Shown: positions 23,660 through 36,421 of the stretch, piece after piece
How the letters are laid out: each line of letters begins with the position of its first letter
Numbering within the stretch: position 1 is the first letter of the stretch
Source of the DNA: Lingula anatina
Taxonomy: Eukaryota > Animalia > Brachiopoda
Length of the DNA: 64,000 nt
Direction of reading: 5' to 3'
Assembly (NCBI GenBank): GCA_051362555.1
Contig: CM120640.1
Span: 43,626,788-43,690,787, forward strand
Made by a program: the position numbers and the translations under genes
Notes under the pieces: model-generated
Seen by the model: only the letters and a program-made list of their open reading frames with translations
Told to the model about the DNA's origin: nothing
The model's database searches: none

Positions 23660-24076
23660 ATACCCACCTGGAATAGAAAGAGTTCCCGTTCTATGTTAAC
23701 TCAAATATGTAGAGTTTCAGGGACTTTTTTTGCCTATCTTTGTTCAGGTATACACGACCCTTTGATGACAAAGCTGACGGGGTGACTGTTTTGTTTATTA
23801 CATCGGTGGGAATTCCCCACAAGATAAGATTGGCAGTGGCATGGTACAACGCATGCTCCCCTTCTGGCACAGCTGGGTGTGGGATACAGTCTGATTTACC
23901 TTATTCAGTCCACAAACATAACTTGTCTTACTTCTGCTTAGCACATTATAATTGTAAGCAGCTAAAAGAAATCGGAGATTTCTCAAGAGACATTCCCCCA
24001 AGACAAGCCCTGTCCAAGTGTGGCTAAGGCATTGTGGGTAATTTGCTATACTTCCGGTTGTGAAAGAACTCGCACG
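23660..24076. promoter_or_regulatory. Putative bidirectional promoter between C19orf12-like and RSL24D1
   Basis: Head-to-head genes; ETS-type ACTTCCGG at 24050; probable minus-strand 5'UTR donor CAG/GTGGGT near 23667. Confidence 0.5.
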
Positions 24077-26599
24077 ATGCGACTGGAAAAATGTTACTTT
24101 TGTTCGTCTACAGTATATCCTGGACATGGGATCCAGTTTGTACGGAATGATTGCAAGGTAAAATACTTACAAATTATATATCATCAAAAAATGTTAAAAG
24201 GCCTTTAGAAACACACAAACCACACCACACATTCCAACATCTACACTTCAGTCAGACCGTTTCACGTATGGGCTCATTCTTAATATAAATATCGTTCTAT
24301 GGGCCATTCCGTGGTATTTGGTCTGCAGACCTCAAAATTTAAAAAAGGCTCCTACTTATAAAACTTATAATTTCTGAAACCAGACGCCATAAGACCCCAG
24401 CCTTTATTTAGTCTTTATTGTTTAAAATGATCACTATATTAAGAAAAATATATCAAAAATAAAAATGTCCTTCCGTAACACTATTTTATAAGTTTTCCAG
24501 ATAAAAGTGTCAATAAAATAATAATTAATCATCAAAACCTAAAATTTCTTTTGGATTCTGGGGTCTTATGGTATCTGGTTTCAGAAATTTTAAGTTTTAT
24601 AAGTAGGATTCTTTTTTTAAATTTTGAGGTCTGCAGACCAAATACCACAGAATGGCCCTCCTGTAAGATTGATCTAGGGATGGTAACCCAGGCAAAGAGT
24701 TTCTATGAGCCGAGTGGGTAAGATAGATAATTACTAGTACCCCTTTCTAACCAACAATTACTTTGCTCAGATTTTCAGATTTTGCAGATCCAAATGTCAT
24801 AAGGCTTTTAAAAAGAAGAGAAATCCTAGGAAGACTCGATGGACCAAAGCATTTCGTAAAGCAGCTGGAAAAGACCTTGCAGTGGATCCATCATTTGAAT
24901 TTGAAAAAAGAAGACACGTCCCAATTAAATATGACAGGGAATTGTGGACAAACACAGGTTTGTTGTAACCTTTATGTAGGATTTGATTTTGGATTGGGAA
25001 AGTCGCAATTGGTACAGCGTGAATAATTTTTCTGTTTTAAAAATCATTTTATATAGGGTTGCTTGCTCATGTAAAGTAATTTATATTTCATCTAGAAGAT
25101 ACACATGTTAAAGGATTGTTAAGGGTATGCTACTGTTTGATGTATTATAGTGAATTGATTACTTGGTATTTGGGACAACAGAAATAAAAAATGAAAAATA
25201 AAAATGAAATGTTCAGTTAATGTAACCTTTTTTTTTCATTCCAACATTATCTGAATTACAAAAAATAACTGGTTATTGTGTTTATGTAAGTTTGATATAA
25301 CCCCCAACTTTTGGCTGATATTAGCTGATATAACTCCATCAGACTTAACTCCATCAAGTAAAGTTTTAAATTCAGAAATACCCATCAGATAACATTCTAA
25401 GACTACTTACCCTTTACTTGGCTTAAACCCTAGTGAGCAGTTTGCTTTTTTTTTTTTTTTTTTTTTTTTTGCCTGAAATTGTTATAATTGGGCAGGTGCA
25501 GGGGTATTAATTGTGAAATTTTAACGAGACCGAACACGCCTTGGTACTGAAGCACTGGCTCTCTATAGTTTAAATAGATAATTAAAGGACAACTAAAAAT
25601 CAGTGGCTTCAGCTCTTGTATTGCTATGAGTTTTTAGGTTAACTTATAAGATTTTAAAAAGTCAGTAACATGTAAACCTTTAACACTGGACATTTTTCAT
25701 GTTAAACAGCACTCATGCTTGAGTTTTCATTCGCCTTGTAACAGGTGTAACAGATACTTTAAAGAAAAAATAAACATAAAATGAAGTATATGACATAGTT
25801 TACAGGGGAAGTAACTTAATTTTCAAGGAAAAAATGACGAAATAATTTGCTATAAATCTTTTGATTTCAGTCAAAGCAATGAAAAGAATAGAAGAAATTA
25901 AGACTAAACGACAGAATCAGTTTATACTAAACAGGTAAGCACTACACCTTTATGAACATTCTTATTTGTTATGCATAATTGTCACCAAAGTTGTCAATAC
26001 TGTTTACAACATTGTTTGTTTGCAAGATTTTGAGGCATAGATTTATACACCTATACCTGTCACATTTCAGATTAAAGAAAGGAAAAGAATTAAGAAAAGC
26101 AGAGGATGTGAAGGAAGTGGAGAAGAATATTCACCTTATCAAATCTCCAGCTATTGGCAGTAAGTTGAACGTTCTGAAGTTTGATATTTTGGTGGTATCT
26201 ACGGGGGCGTCTCGATAGTCCGAAGGTTCATTGGTCCGAAGGTTCATTGGTCCGAAAAGTGGTAACATTTTTATCGATTTTCTAATCAAGGGTTCATTGG
26301 TCCGAAGGTTCTATAGTGAACATTCGGACCAATGAACCTTCGGACTATTGAACCTTCGGACTATCGCTACGGCCCCGTATCTACTTGTAGAAGATTTAGT
26401 TTTAATTTCTAACATATTTTATATTCTTCAATAAAGATTTTGATATGTAAAAAAATTGTTCCTCAAACAAATATTAGCTTTTTTTTGTAATATGTGGTAT
26501 GTCCACCTGAGGGTTTTTTTTCTTCTTTCAGAAAAAGTACCAAGATTAGAGCAAAAGCTGGTTATCGAAGAATCAGATGAAGAAATGGAAAATGCATAG
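24077..26599 (+). CDS. RSL24D1: Ribosome biogenesis protein RLP24 / RSL24D1 (~162 aa)
   Basis: Exons 24077-24157, 24771-24957, 25871-25934, 26071-26159 and 26532-26599 give [57 protein letters not shown]...; all introns are GT-AG. Confidence 0.97.
24301..24658. mobile_element. MITE with ~100-bp TIRs in RSL24D1 intron 1
   Basis: GGGCCATTCCGTGGTATTTGGTCTGCAGACC... is mirrored by ...GGTCTGCAGACCAAATACCACAGAATGGCCC. Confidence 0.85.
26202..26377. mobile_element. Second copy of the 176-bp MITE (inverted), in RSL24D1 intron 4
   Basis: Reverse complement of 15825-16000 with few differences; TSD TATCTA. Confidence 0.9.
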
Positions 26600-27523
26600 G
26601 AATAAGATTTGAGACAGAGACTCATCTGTTTCAGTGAATTGCTTCAGAAGCCGTTGGCATGAGTTACTGTGTTTATACCCCATAAACATAGACTCATATT
26701 TTAAAATGAAGACACAGTATACAGCAGAATGATGTTCATACCATGTAATGTTTTATTTGACTAGATATAGGAGTAGGTGCTATTATTATTGCATCATTGC
26801 CATTAAAGTATGGCATACAAGTGACATGAACTGGTGCAAGAAAGTACATGATGTTAAGTAAGAATAACTAAAGTAACATTTGAAATTAAAAAGTTTAATA
26901 AGAACTACTTGTTTCATTGAAATCGCCCTTTTTTTATTTTGTTCTACATTATGAACATGTCTGAATACAGGACCTATTCTCAAAAATTTGTTTAGTCAAG
27001 TGCCTGAAACTGAATATCCAAGTAAAAACATGCATTGGCAACGGGACATCTTGGCATTTTTTTTCCAAAAAAAAGTATAGTGAACTCATTCAAAGTAAAC
27101 CTGCAAGTGTAGATACATATATATTGAAAGAAGCATGAGTACATGGCTTGAATTAACCAATTGTTTGCCAGTGCATAGCCCAACAAGATTAACTGGAGCT
27201 GGAAATGTTATGCTGCATAAACAGTTACCTTCTTTGATGATTTTCTTCTATGTTAGAAGATACTGATAAAAATGCTACAGATTATCTTTGTCAAAGATAT
27301 CGAAAAAACGCATCTATAATAACAGCAACATCGATACTTTTCATGCTAAGATATAGTTTCATGAACTCTAGCTAATATCAACAGATTGGCCAGGGAGAAC
27401 AGCTTTGACCAAGTGGCATAACCACAAAATACTTTAGCATAAAATGGGTAAGGTGTAAGGAAAAACACGCAAATGCATTTTCCTAAACTTAAAGGTTAGT
27501 TTTCTAAAGGAAAGTAATCAGCA

Positions 27524-27558
<35 letters not shown>

Positions 27559-27626
27559 TTTGCTTACATTCTTGCTTTTCTCTTGATTATTGATTTTTTA
27601 CAATACTGCGTGTGCACGCTACAAAT

Positions 27627-29531
27627 AACTAGAGGATCAGAGAGGCGATACCGCCTCCGAATATTGTACCACCAGCTGGAGCAAGCGCATTCGTATAGAC
27701 CCCCACATATACAAAATAAGGAACACAGCCACCAGTCTTGTGCTTGACAAGCTGTAAAAATGCAATCAACAAGAATTTTCAAAATATGCAAAAAATATAT
27801 ATATTACTAAAAATGGTACAATCAAAGTTAAGTTCATCGTAAGGTAGGTCAAAGGTCAATTCCAAGGTCACAGTAAATTGCCAGTATATGACTTCCTATT
27901 CAACTTCAATAGTAACTATGGGCCTATCTCTGCCAGGTTTGGAGTTAAAAGAGAAAGAAATTAGCAGAGTTCAGTTCATGATAATAAGTAGGTCAAAGGT
28001 CAATTTCAAGGTCACACTTAGATTGCCAGTATAAGACTTCCTATTCACGTTCAATAGTAACTATGGACCTATCTCTGCCAGTTTTGGAGATAAAGGGGAA
28101 GCAAAATATGCAAAGTTCAGTTCATGGTGAAAAGTAGGTCAAAGGTCAATTTTAAGGTCACTTTTAGATTGCCAGTATATGTCTTCCTATTCAACTTCAA
28201 TAGAGACTATGGACCTATCTCTGCCAGTTTTGGAGATAAAAGGGAATCAAATTTTGCAAAGTTCAGTTCATGGTGAAAAGTAGGTCAAAGGTCAATTTTA
28301 AGGTCACATGTAGATTGCCAGTATATGACTTCCTATTCAACTTCAATAGAGACTATGGACCTATCTCTGCCAGTTTTGGAGATAAAAGGGAAGCAAAATT
28401 TGCAAAGTTCAGTTCATGGTGAAAAGTAGGTCAAAGGTCAATTTTAAGGTCACATTTAGATTGCCAGTATATGTCTTCCTATTCAACTTCAATAGTAACT
28501 ATGGACCTATCTCTGCCAGTTTTGGAGATATAAGGGACTAAATGTTATAATTTTGGAGTTACCATAATGTGCCATAAATTTCCTACAGAAAAAATTAATT
28601 AAAATAAAGAAAAGGTCATTTTGGTCAAAATTCTTGAAATGGGAGGTGCTCTGAAGTTCCAGATGTTCAAATTTGATGAAATAATGTCATTTTTGACCAC
28701 AAGTTGTCTGCTTTGCCAAGCCTTATGTTTTATTTTTCCGGAGTTCAAAATTTATTATCCATTACCGTACTGCACATTTTGCTTTCACCACCAATATGTA
28801 CTTTTTGATACAGCGTAACTCGAAAACCGTATGGAATACAAAAAAACGGAGACCACCTCCAGTGTTCTGCTTTACATGCTCTACAAAATGCAAAAAAGAA
28901 TGGGTGTCTGGCATTAACGGTTCCCGATTTAGAGACAGTTTTCAGTTTCGATATCTTATGGCCGCTAATTCCGTGAAAATGCACCGATTGACCCCAAATT
29001 CACGGAGATGAAAGATGACCTGAAGGGTAACACTTTCCATTAATATTATTAGTTAAGTCTGTGTGGTGTCTGAATAAGACCGCAAATAATTTTTTTTTCG
29101 GCAAAAATTTTGTTTTTTTGAAAATTTTGGCCCGTTTGACCTTGAAATAAAGGTCAAAGGTCAAATCCAAGGGCATATTTGAAATCTACACATATGACTT
29201 TTGGAAAGCTGTCTGTAGAAATTTTTCCCATAATTCCTTCCGTAGGGGAGATAATTAGCATTTAATTTTGCCATTTTTGGACAAGGGTGCATTGCAATGA
29301 GTGCCACACCTAGACCCCAATACCGACAAAGCCCAAATTTTACGTGGAACGAGTTGAGATTATAGGTGACCTAAATCCAAGAGATGGGTATGGAGGCCAT
29401 TACCGTCTAGGAGGAGAAGCGGTAACGGTGACTTGGCGGCGGAGCCGCAGGAGCCGCAGGAGCCGGCGGAACATACGGGTCGGGACTAAAACCATGTGTA
29501 CCGCCAGCGCCTACGCTGGTGGTACAATAAT
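27627..29531. mobile_element. HINE-like element carrying a 146-bp tandem array
   Basis: AACTAGAG start; tandem core; GGAGCCGCA microsatellite and terminal hairpin TACCGCCAGCG-CCTA-CGCTGGTGGTA near the other end. Confidence 0.65.
27830..28535. repeat. Five-copy ~146-bp tandem repeat
   Basis: GTAGGTCAAAGGTCAAT recurs at 27844, 27988, 28134, 28280 and 28426. Confidence 0.95.
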
Positions 29532-29652
29532 TAGAACAATTCAAAACAAGAAAGAAAAACGCCTCAAGTTCAGTTTTGTGGTTGTCAACCAGTCCTTGCT
29601 AAGACTGTCACCTAGCCCAAACAAGCTGTATTTCGCTTTAAATATGTAGAAT

Positions 29653-32600
29653 CTACACGCTGAACGCAACTGCAACAATTATGGATACGACCAAGAAGAT
29701 CAAGAACAAAAGCCTGTCGAGAACGGCGACGAAAGCATACCACTCCCCAGCTATTGCGTCGGTCACCTTGGGGACAGCCAACACCGCAGCTGTGTCCGTG
29801 GTCTCCATGGTCTGGGTGTCTTTACCGTAATCACCATCATTAGATTTGGCGCTGTGAGCCACGTTGTAAGCACCGCGATCTACACATAAAGCTTTCCCCA
29901 GGATGTCAAGGAAGATCTGTCGTGAAAGAAAATCGGTGGTGTTTTATGTAGAAATATAATTAATAGAAATGCAATTAATCATGAGAAAATAAAGGAGAAA
30001 ATCAGTATAAAGAAGAGTAACAAAATGAAAACAGCTATTTACAGTGTAGCGCCACGTTTGCAATACGTATCCATAATGACTTGACATGCTTTCCTTCTAA
30101 TAATTCTTTCAGTCCGAAGGCAATTACCATCTCTCACGACTGTAATCTCTTAAGTCTAATCAGGGAATTATATCGGATATAATTCCCTGGTCTAATGTTC
30201 TACTCATGATGATGTTCAACACGCCTTTAGGACAAAAGTTTCGGTGAGAATAACTAAACGTATCTTACCAGTCTCAAGACAGAGTGCATTTCACGTTTTG
30301 TCGTAATGTTTGTCCACATACCAGAGGTGACAGTAGACAGTATGATGCTGATCGCAACCAACACCATGGAAGACACCATGAAAACAGCTGCAATTTTGCA
30401 ATAAGTATATTTTTAGTTAAGAACCTAACGCAATACACTATTCATATTTGGACGCCAAGGGCAATTTGTTACAGTTGTACGGCTACGCCTTACCTTTAAA
30501 TAGAAGGCGAGCAAGAAAATCTCTGCTTACGGAGGATGAAAGTGTGGGGGTATTCTAAACTTTGTCATTGGTCGGTAAAACGTAAACAGTGATGGTAAAC
30601 CAGATAAAGACGAAGTGTTGTTAAATAAATGATTTTTTAACACATTATTATTAAGAAAAAGTATTTTGGCATGCGATCTTACCACGGTATTATTTTATTT
30701 AGAGATATCATAAGAATATTCAAGATTCTTACCTATGATCGGAGGTTTTGCAAATGCCGCAGGCAAAGTTTGCAGTAACATTAACAGGAGCACTGTCAGA
30801 CATACAAAAATTCCAATACCTGGGGAAATAAAGACTTAAGATTTCAAGGACCCTGACAGTAACCGACAAATAAAAAGAACGTTACTTTAATCTATCAAAA
30901 AAAAAAAAAAAAAAAAAGCTTGCTTCCTTTTCCTTAGGTTTTTAACGTTTCTGTAACAATAATTTGTAACAATAATAATATTAAGTGTCTTCATAAGAAG
31001 TATGACAAAGTCAACATTTAAATGTCACGGGTATTATATACAGTTAACCTTACAGGGCCGTAGCCTGAGCAAAATGCCAGGGGGGGCAGTAAGCGGACAC
31101 GAGGGGGCGAAGCCCCCGAGGGGGGAGGGGGTGTCCCCCTACCAGTGTGGAAAATTCTAAATCCCAGGGGGGGCAGCTGCCCCCCCTGCCCCCCCGGAGG
31201 CTACGGCCCTGCCTTAAATTGTTAGTTTTGGATTGTTCAACAGCTGTAACTTTACTCATTTTTGATATCAGAGCATAGGAATACAGTAGGCGTAAGAATA
31301 TGGTCTGTGATGCTGTTTTTTTTATTTTTATTTTATTTTTTTTTTTGCATTTTCACCCAAATCAGACAATGCAGCAGTTGAACAATTCAAAACCTACTGT
31401 TAAACATTTTTTGTTTTTGATTAGAATCCCGCCTGTGTGTCTGGGTTTAAATGTGCCTAGGCGAGATTCGAATGCATGGGTATTTCAACTAAGTGGATTG
31501 CCAATCTGATCAGATTTGGATAACATATATAACATTGAACATTGAATATCATATATCTCAAAACCGTACTTAATTCACAACCACTAGTACCAATAAATTA
31601 AAATGGACAAAATTCAAAAACTAATATTCAAAACAGATTAATGAATACATGAATTGTCATACTTCATACATACCTAGTTGGATCTTTTGCTTACTTTCTT
31701 GAGGAAGCAAGAAAATGAAAGGAACGAGGAATGTTAACAGGACACAGGGTGTTACAAATATATATGTGTGAGCAGTTGACAGCCGTTTCAGACGAATCCA
31801 GTACACCATGGAAGGAAAAGGTTCAGGACAACATGGATAATATTTAACTGAGACAGATTCGTTAACTTTGCTGACGTCCCATTCATAGTGACCGCGGTAC
31901 TGCTGCAGGAAAAAAGAGTTTGACTGGTTTACGTCTAACTGACTTTGGAGAACCAAGTTAACCTGCAGAAAACGAAACATAAAACATATTACTATTAATG
32001 TAAATATTAATACTTTTCAGAAAAAAAAGATGATTTTGGTGAGTATTAATTACAAGACGTTTTAAATTGTCAGTTGAATACAAGAGAGGCTGCAGTTGGA
32101 TTGATATCATACTAGATAAGGGAGATATTGTGGATCAGATACACGTACATTTAATGATAACTTCACAAAAGAAGCGCAAAATTTATCTTAACGTAGTCAT
32201 GACCCAATATGTCTATTTTGATCCAAGATAAATCAGTAATTCTGAAAGGTCATATTTAACAAGTATATATATAATTAACTTCAAGTGTACCTCGTGTCCA
32301 TTGTAAGTCCAAGATCCAAATTGGAGAGAACAATACTGAGTGTCATAGGGAAACTTGCTGAGGTCGTAATTGCACAGAGCTATGTAGCGGACATGGGGGA
32401 TCCAGAAGCATGTGCCATCATGAAACACTGCCACAAGAGAGCTTTCTTTGTATTGGCTTCCATAACTGAAATGATATGTTTCGGTTTGGTTTTAGCCATT
32501 TCAACATAAGAAACGGTTTCGTTACATGATCACGAATTTTGACGCTTACCGATTAGTCGAGAGGTAGTCACTTTGTCACTTTGCGTCAATTATCCTAGTG

Positions 32601-34834
32601 ACCTGACCTCCTAGGTAGTTAACCCACTCCGCTATTTAGGATCTCTATTGGTCATTGCATGAGCTGGATATGTCACCAATAAATTTTCAATGAGTGTCGC
32701 GCGCGCGCACACACACACACACACACGGAGACACACCCACACATAACTTATGAACGACTTTGAAAGTAGCGTAACACTTAAGCCACAACGCTTTTTTCAT
32801 TACTAACCAAGGAACGACACAACCCGCAGACGATTGAGTGATTTGTTTTTTAAGACTTGCTAAATTAAGTAAAGAAAGATTACCAATAAACAACAGTGAA
32901 CAGTATGATTCAAACGTGACTTTATCCCATAGTGAAGTAAAATGTTAACAGGATGGAGATAATTTTCTTTTCCAAAGGCCGTATTTAGTAGACTTGACAG
33001 GTTCTGAAAACTATCTTTAGGTAGGGGGGGGTGTATGGGGGGGGGGGGGGGGCAGTTGCTTAGTGATATTTTCCCATCAGACAGATTTCTTACTTGTTAT
33101 AAAGAGTAATGTCCGGATACCAAATGTTGTACGGATTCATTCTTATTGTATTAACACCGTCGTATTCGGCTGGATCCCACGTCAAACGGAAGTCATGCCA
33201 AACCTAAAACCAACAATTAATATGATAATTCTAAACACAATGAAAAAGAACAATCTTCACTTTCACTTGTGACAACAAAGCAAACATATCCATCCAACTG
33301 AACATTCTAAGAGAGGCGCCGTATGAAGGCAAAGAGATGAAAAAGTTTCGATCAAAAGTATAGAAAACGATTCCTTAAAACTGTTGTTGCTGCAAGTACC
33401 TTTCTCTATTTTTTATTTATGATACTCAGAGATAGTTCAGTTAACATCCTGACCAAATGTGCAATTACAAATGAGCACATACATGTACATGTACGTTAAA
33501 TTTCAGAAAATATTTCACCAAACGGCTGCATTCGGTTTGAAATTTAATGTTTTAACGACAATAAGTGAATAAACTGGTAAATACTAGAACTCGTAATATT
33601 GATGTTACAGTGGCTTTCAGCCATTTTGGTAAAACAGTGACGATGGAGTTATCTCAATTTTTTCATTTACCTGCATCAACCAAAAATTGGCGGATAAAGT
33701 CTGCCACTGAAAGTCCTGGAAAATGTTATAAGGAAAGGTTATCTATTTCATGAGAAATCGCAAACAGACAATTTTAAATCAAACAATTATGCATCCGGAC
33801 TATTTTATTTACTGTGATTAAAAATAGAAATAAGGTTTTAAATAGGGAAGATGAAAACTTTCTTTAACGGCTACGATCTGTATCAGTGCCTTCTCAAAAC
33901 AGTTGGATTACCTGGCAAAGAAAAACATTCAATGTCGGAGTTCTCTAAACAGGGGAATACTTACCACACTTCCTAAGTTAGTCAACTGGAGACCCAAGTT
34001 TACCGTCACTGATTCATTAAAGCTTTCAACGGGTCGTGCATAACGATAATATCCTTTCAACAAATCTCGATGTAGCTGGGACTCAGCATTATCAAATTCA
34101 CGTGATTTATTACCTAAAGAGAAACTCAGAGGATAATTAAAACACTGTGTGGCGACACTGATTTTTTTATCAAAATTTAGATTAAAATGCTACACTTTTC
34201 TTTAACGGGTAAAGATTTTATTTCACTTTAACCAGCTTTATCTTTCGCAACAATCTAATCATCGGAATCATACGAATTTTTTTTTTAAAAAAGCGTCAGA
34301 TCAGTGTCAAAAGCAAGCAGCCCTACAAGATATACCATTCTTCACTGCAAACCTACTGCCAGGATAATGCTTTTAAACAAGTGGCAAGAAACATTATTGA
34401 AACAGTTCAAAGTTCACATGCGCGTCTGGGGGCGTTTCCAGAATCAACAGAAAAAGTTACATATTGAAAAGCTTTCTCTGAAACGTCGTCTATTTAAGGT
34501 GTGCATATACGTATCTTGTTTACGAATCACAGAGATAGGGTTTGCAGACGTTTGAATGTTTGACTTTCTAACCCTCGACTCGAAAGATTAAAACATGTTT
34601 TCAATATAACTCATTGCTCTGGTTTTGCCACTACTCCATTGCTACCGACCTGACTGACTTGCAAGGTCCTGTCGACCTTAACTTCAGTCCTTCTACGAAG
34701 TATATAAAAGGATAAATAACCGTACCCATAAAACCACGTCCTCTCTTCCATGGTCTTCCTTGCGCTAGGATAACATCAGCCACAAAGCACAATAGGACGA
34801 ATTCAAGCACTATAAAACATGCAACTTTAGCCAT
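29653..34834 (-). CDS. Nicotinic acetylcholine receptor alpha-like subunit, copy 1 (~448 aa)
   Basis: Nine exons: 34834-34726, 34113-33965, 33715-33671, 33203-33094, 32465-32291, 31962-31674, 30819-30733, 30387-30269, 29916-29653. Shows a signal peptide, WYPDITLYN, Cys-loop CNYDLSKFPYDTQYC, YPCC and four TM segments with LDRL before TM4. Confidence 0.93.
31053..31211. mobile_element. GC-rich MITE with CAG...CTG termini and a 5-bp TSD (hAT5-like)
   Basis: CAGGGCCGTAGCC...GGCTACGGCCCTG flanked by CCTTA on both sides. Confidence 0.85.
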
Positions 34835-36090
34835 GTTCTTCCCACAGTGCCCTCACTTCGTAATCTTGTAATCTGCACGCTTTAACTAGGTCATCGAGAT
34901 GGCATTTTTACCGCTTCTCTAAATAATGTTGGGTCGTATTGGAACGCGCGGGAAAATATTTCCTATTGTTTTTCCTGTATGTTCTATAGTCGAACCAGAT
35001 GGTTGTGGGTGCACACTAAATTTGAAAAGACAGGTTTTGCACTTAAGCTGAAAAGCCCTAGCCATGGTTTTGACTTTTTTCAAAGCAGTTATTTGTGATA
35101 AGTAGATGCCACAATAAGAGTGTAATACTTCAAATTTAAAATATCAAAACAGAAATAAGAAAAAACAGGATGTTGAAGAAAATGGCGTACTTTAAATCAA
35201 TAGATACTAGACTTATGAAGTCAAAAAGGTACAGTCGACCAATTAAGATCAATCAATATCGAACCTGGTAAATATTTTACCTTTACGTCAATTATGGTAT
35301 TAAAATATGAATCTATACTTTTATTAAATTCCAAGGGCTTTTGTCCAAGCTGACTATTCTTTTATTATCTTAAGTAAATTATATGAGTATTTCTTACCTG
35401 TGTCACCCAAAAATTGGTTGACAGGATTTAACATTTCAAGTGCTGTGGGGACAAAAACTGGCAACCGTTAGTAGGGGGCGATTTATGTTATTAAAATACA
35501 TCTATGTACACACTTTCTTCAGTAATTTAAGTTGAACCCATTTGTGATGTGTTTTTATTTTAAATTAGCCACGTCGTCCAATTTGTTTGGCAAACGCGCA
35601 GACTTTATGCTCTTCTCCAATCTGACAGGAATGATATTTTCATATCTACTGAAAATGCTGAATGCCTCGCCGAAAATTGTTGCGTTGTTTCATTTTTATT
35701 AACCAACAAAAGAAAACACTTACGTAATCACCGCACCTTTATTGAGCTTTAAATGTATTCTACATGAGAATCTAGTACGGTATGGCAAGCATATCAATAT
35801 TCAACAACAGGGAATATTGCGGATGCAAAATAGGCCAAATGTATGTAAAACAATCCTTGTATACATATTAAATAAGTACTTCTACTTATCCTCTTTCTTA
35901 GATGTGTCTCGTAGCCTACGTGTATATGTGCAATCGTATTTATTATTTTAAGCTAATCTATTTCTTTGAAATGCATTGAGTTAAATTTCATGGTTTTCAT
36001 ATTTTCATTGGTCTTTCAAAAATTTCATGGCCTATTTAGTCAATTATGTTAATTATGTTCAATGCTTTATCCAAGACATTCAGATTTAGT

Positions 36091-36126
<36 letters not shown>

Positions 36127-36421
36127 CCTACTACAATAAGCTGTGAAATGTACAGATAAAAATACTCAGTAGATAAAAATGTAAAGAATTAGGCAGAGAC
36201 ATATCTGTGAATATCGAGTGAAAAAATCAACCTGTGGCCCTGGTAGAAGGTTGGCATTCAGTGAGCTTTTGACCTGGCTTGTTTTCGTACCGTTTCCCAT
36301 CCGACTCGTCAACATGGAGAGTCCTTTTCCGCTAAATTTTTACGACAAATGCTTACGAAGCCATGGGGGTGACGCCACGCTCAGTCATAACAATTTTTTC
36401 CGTGTATCAATAAAGATTTCA

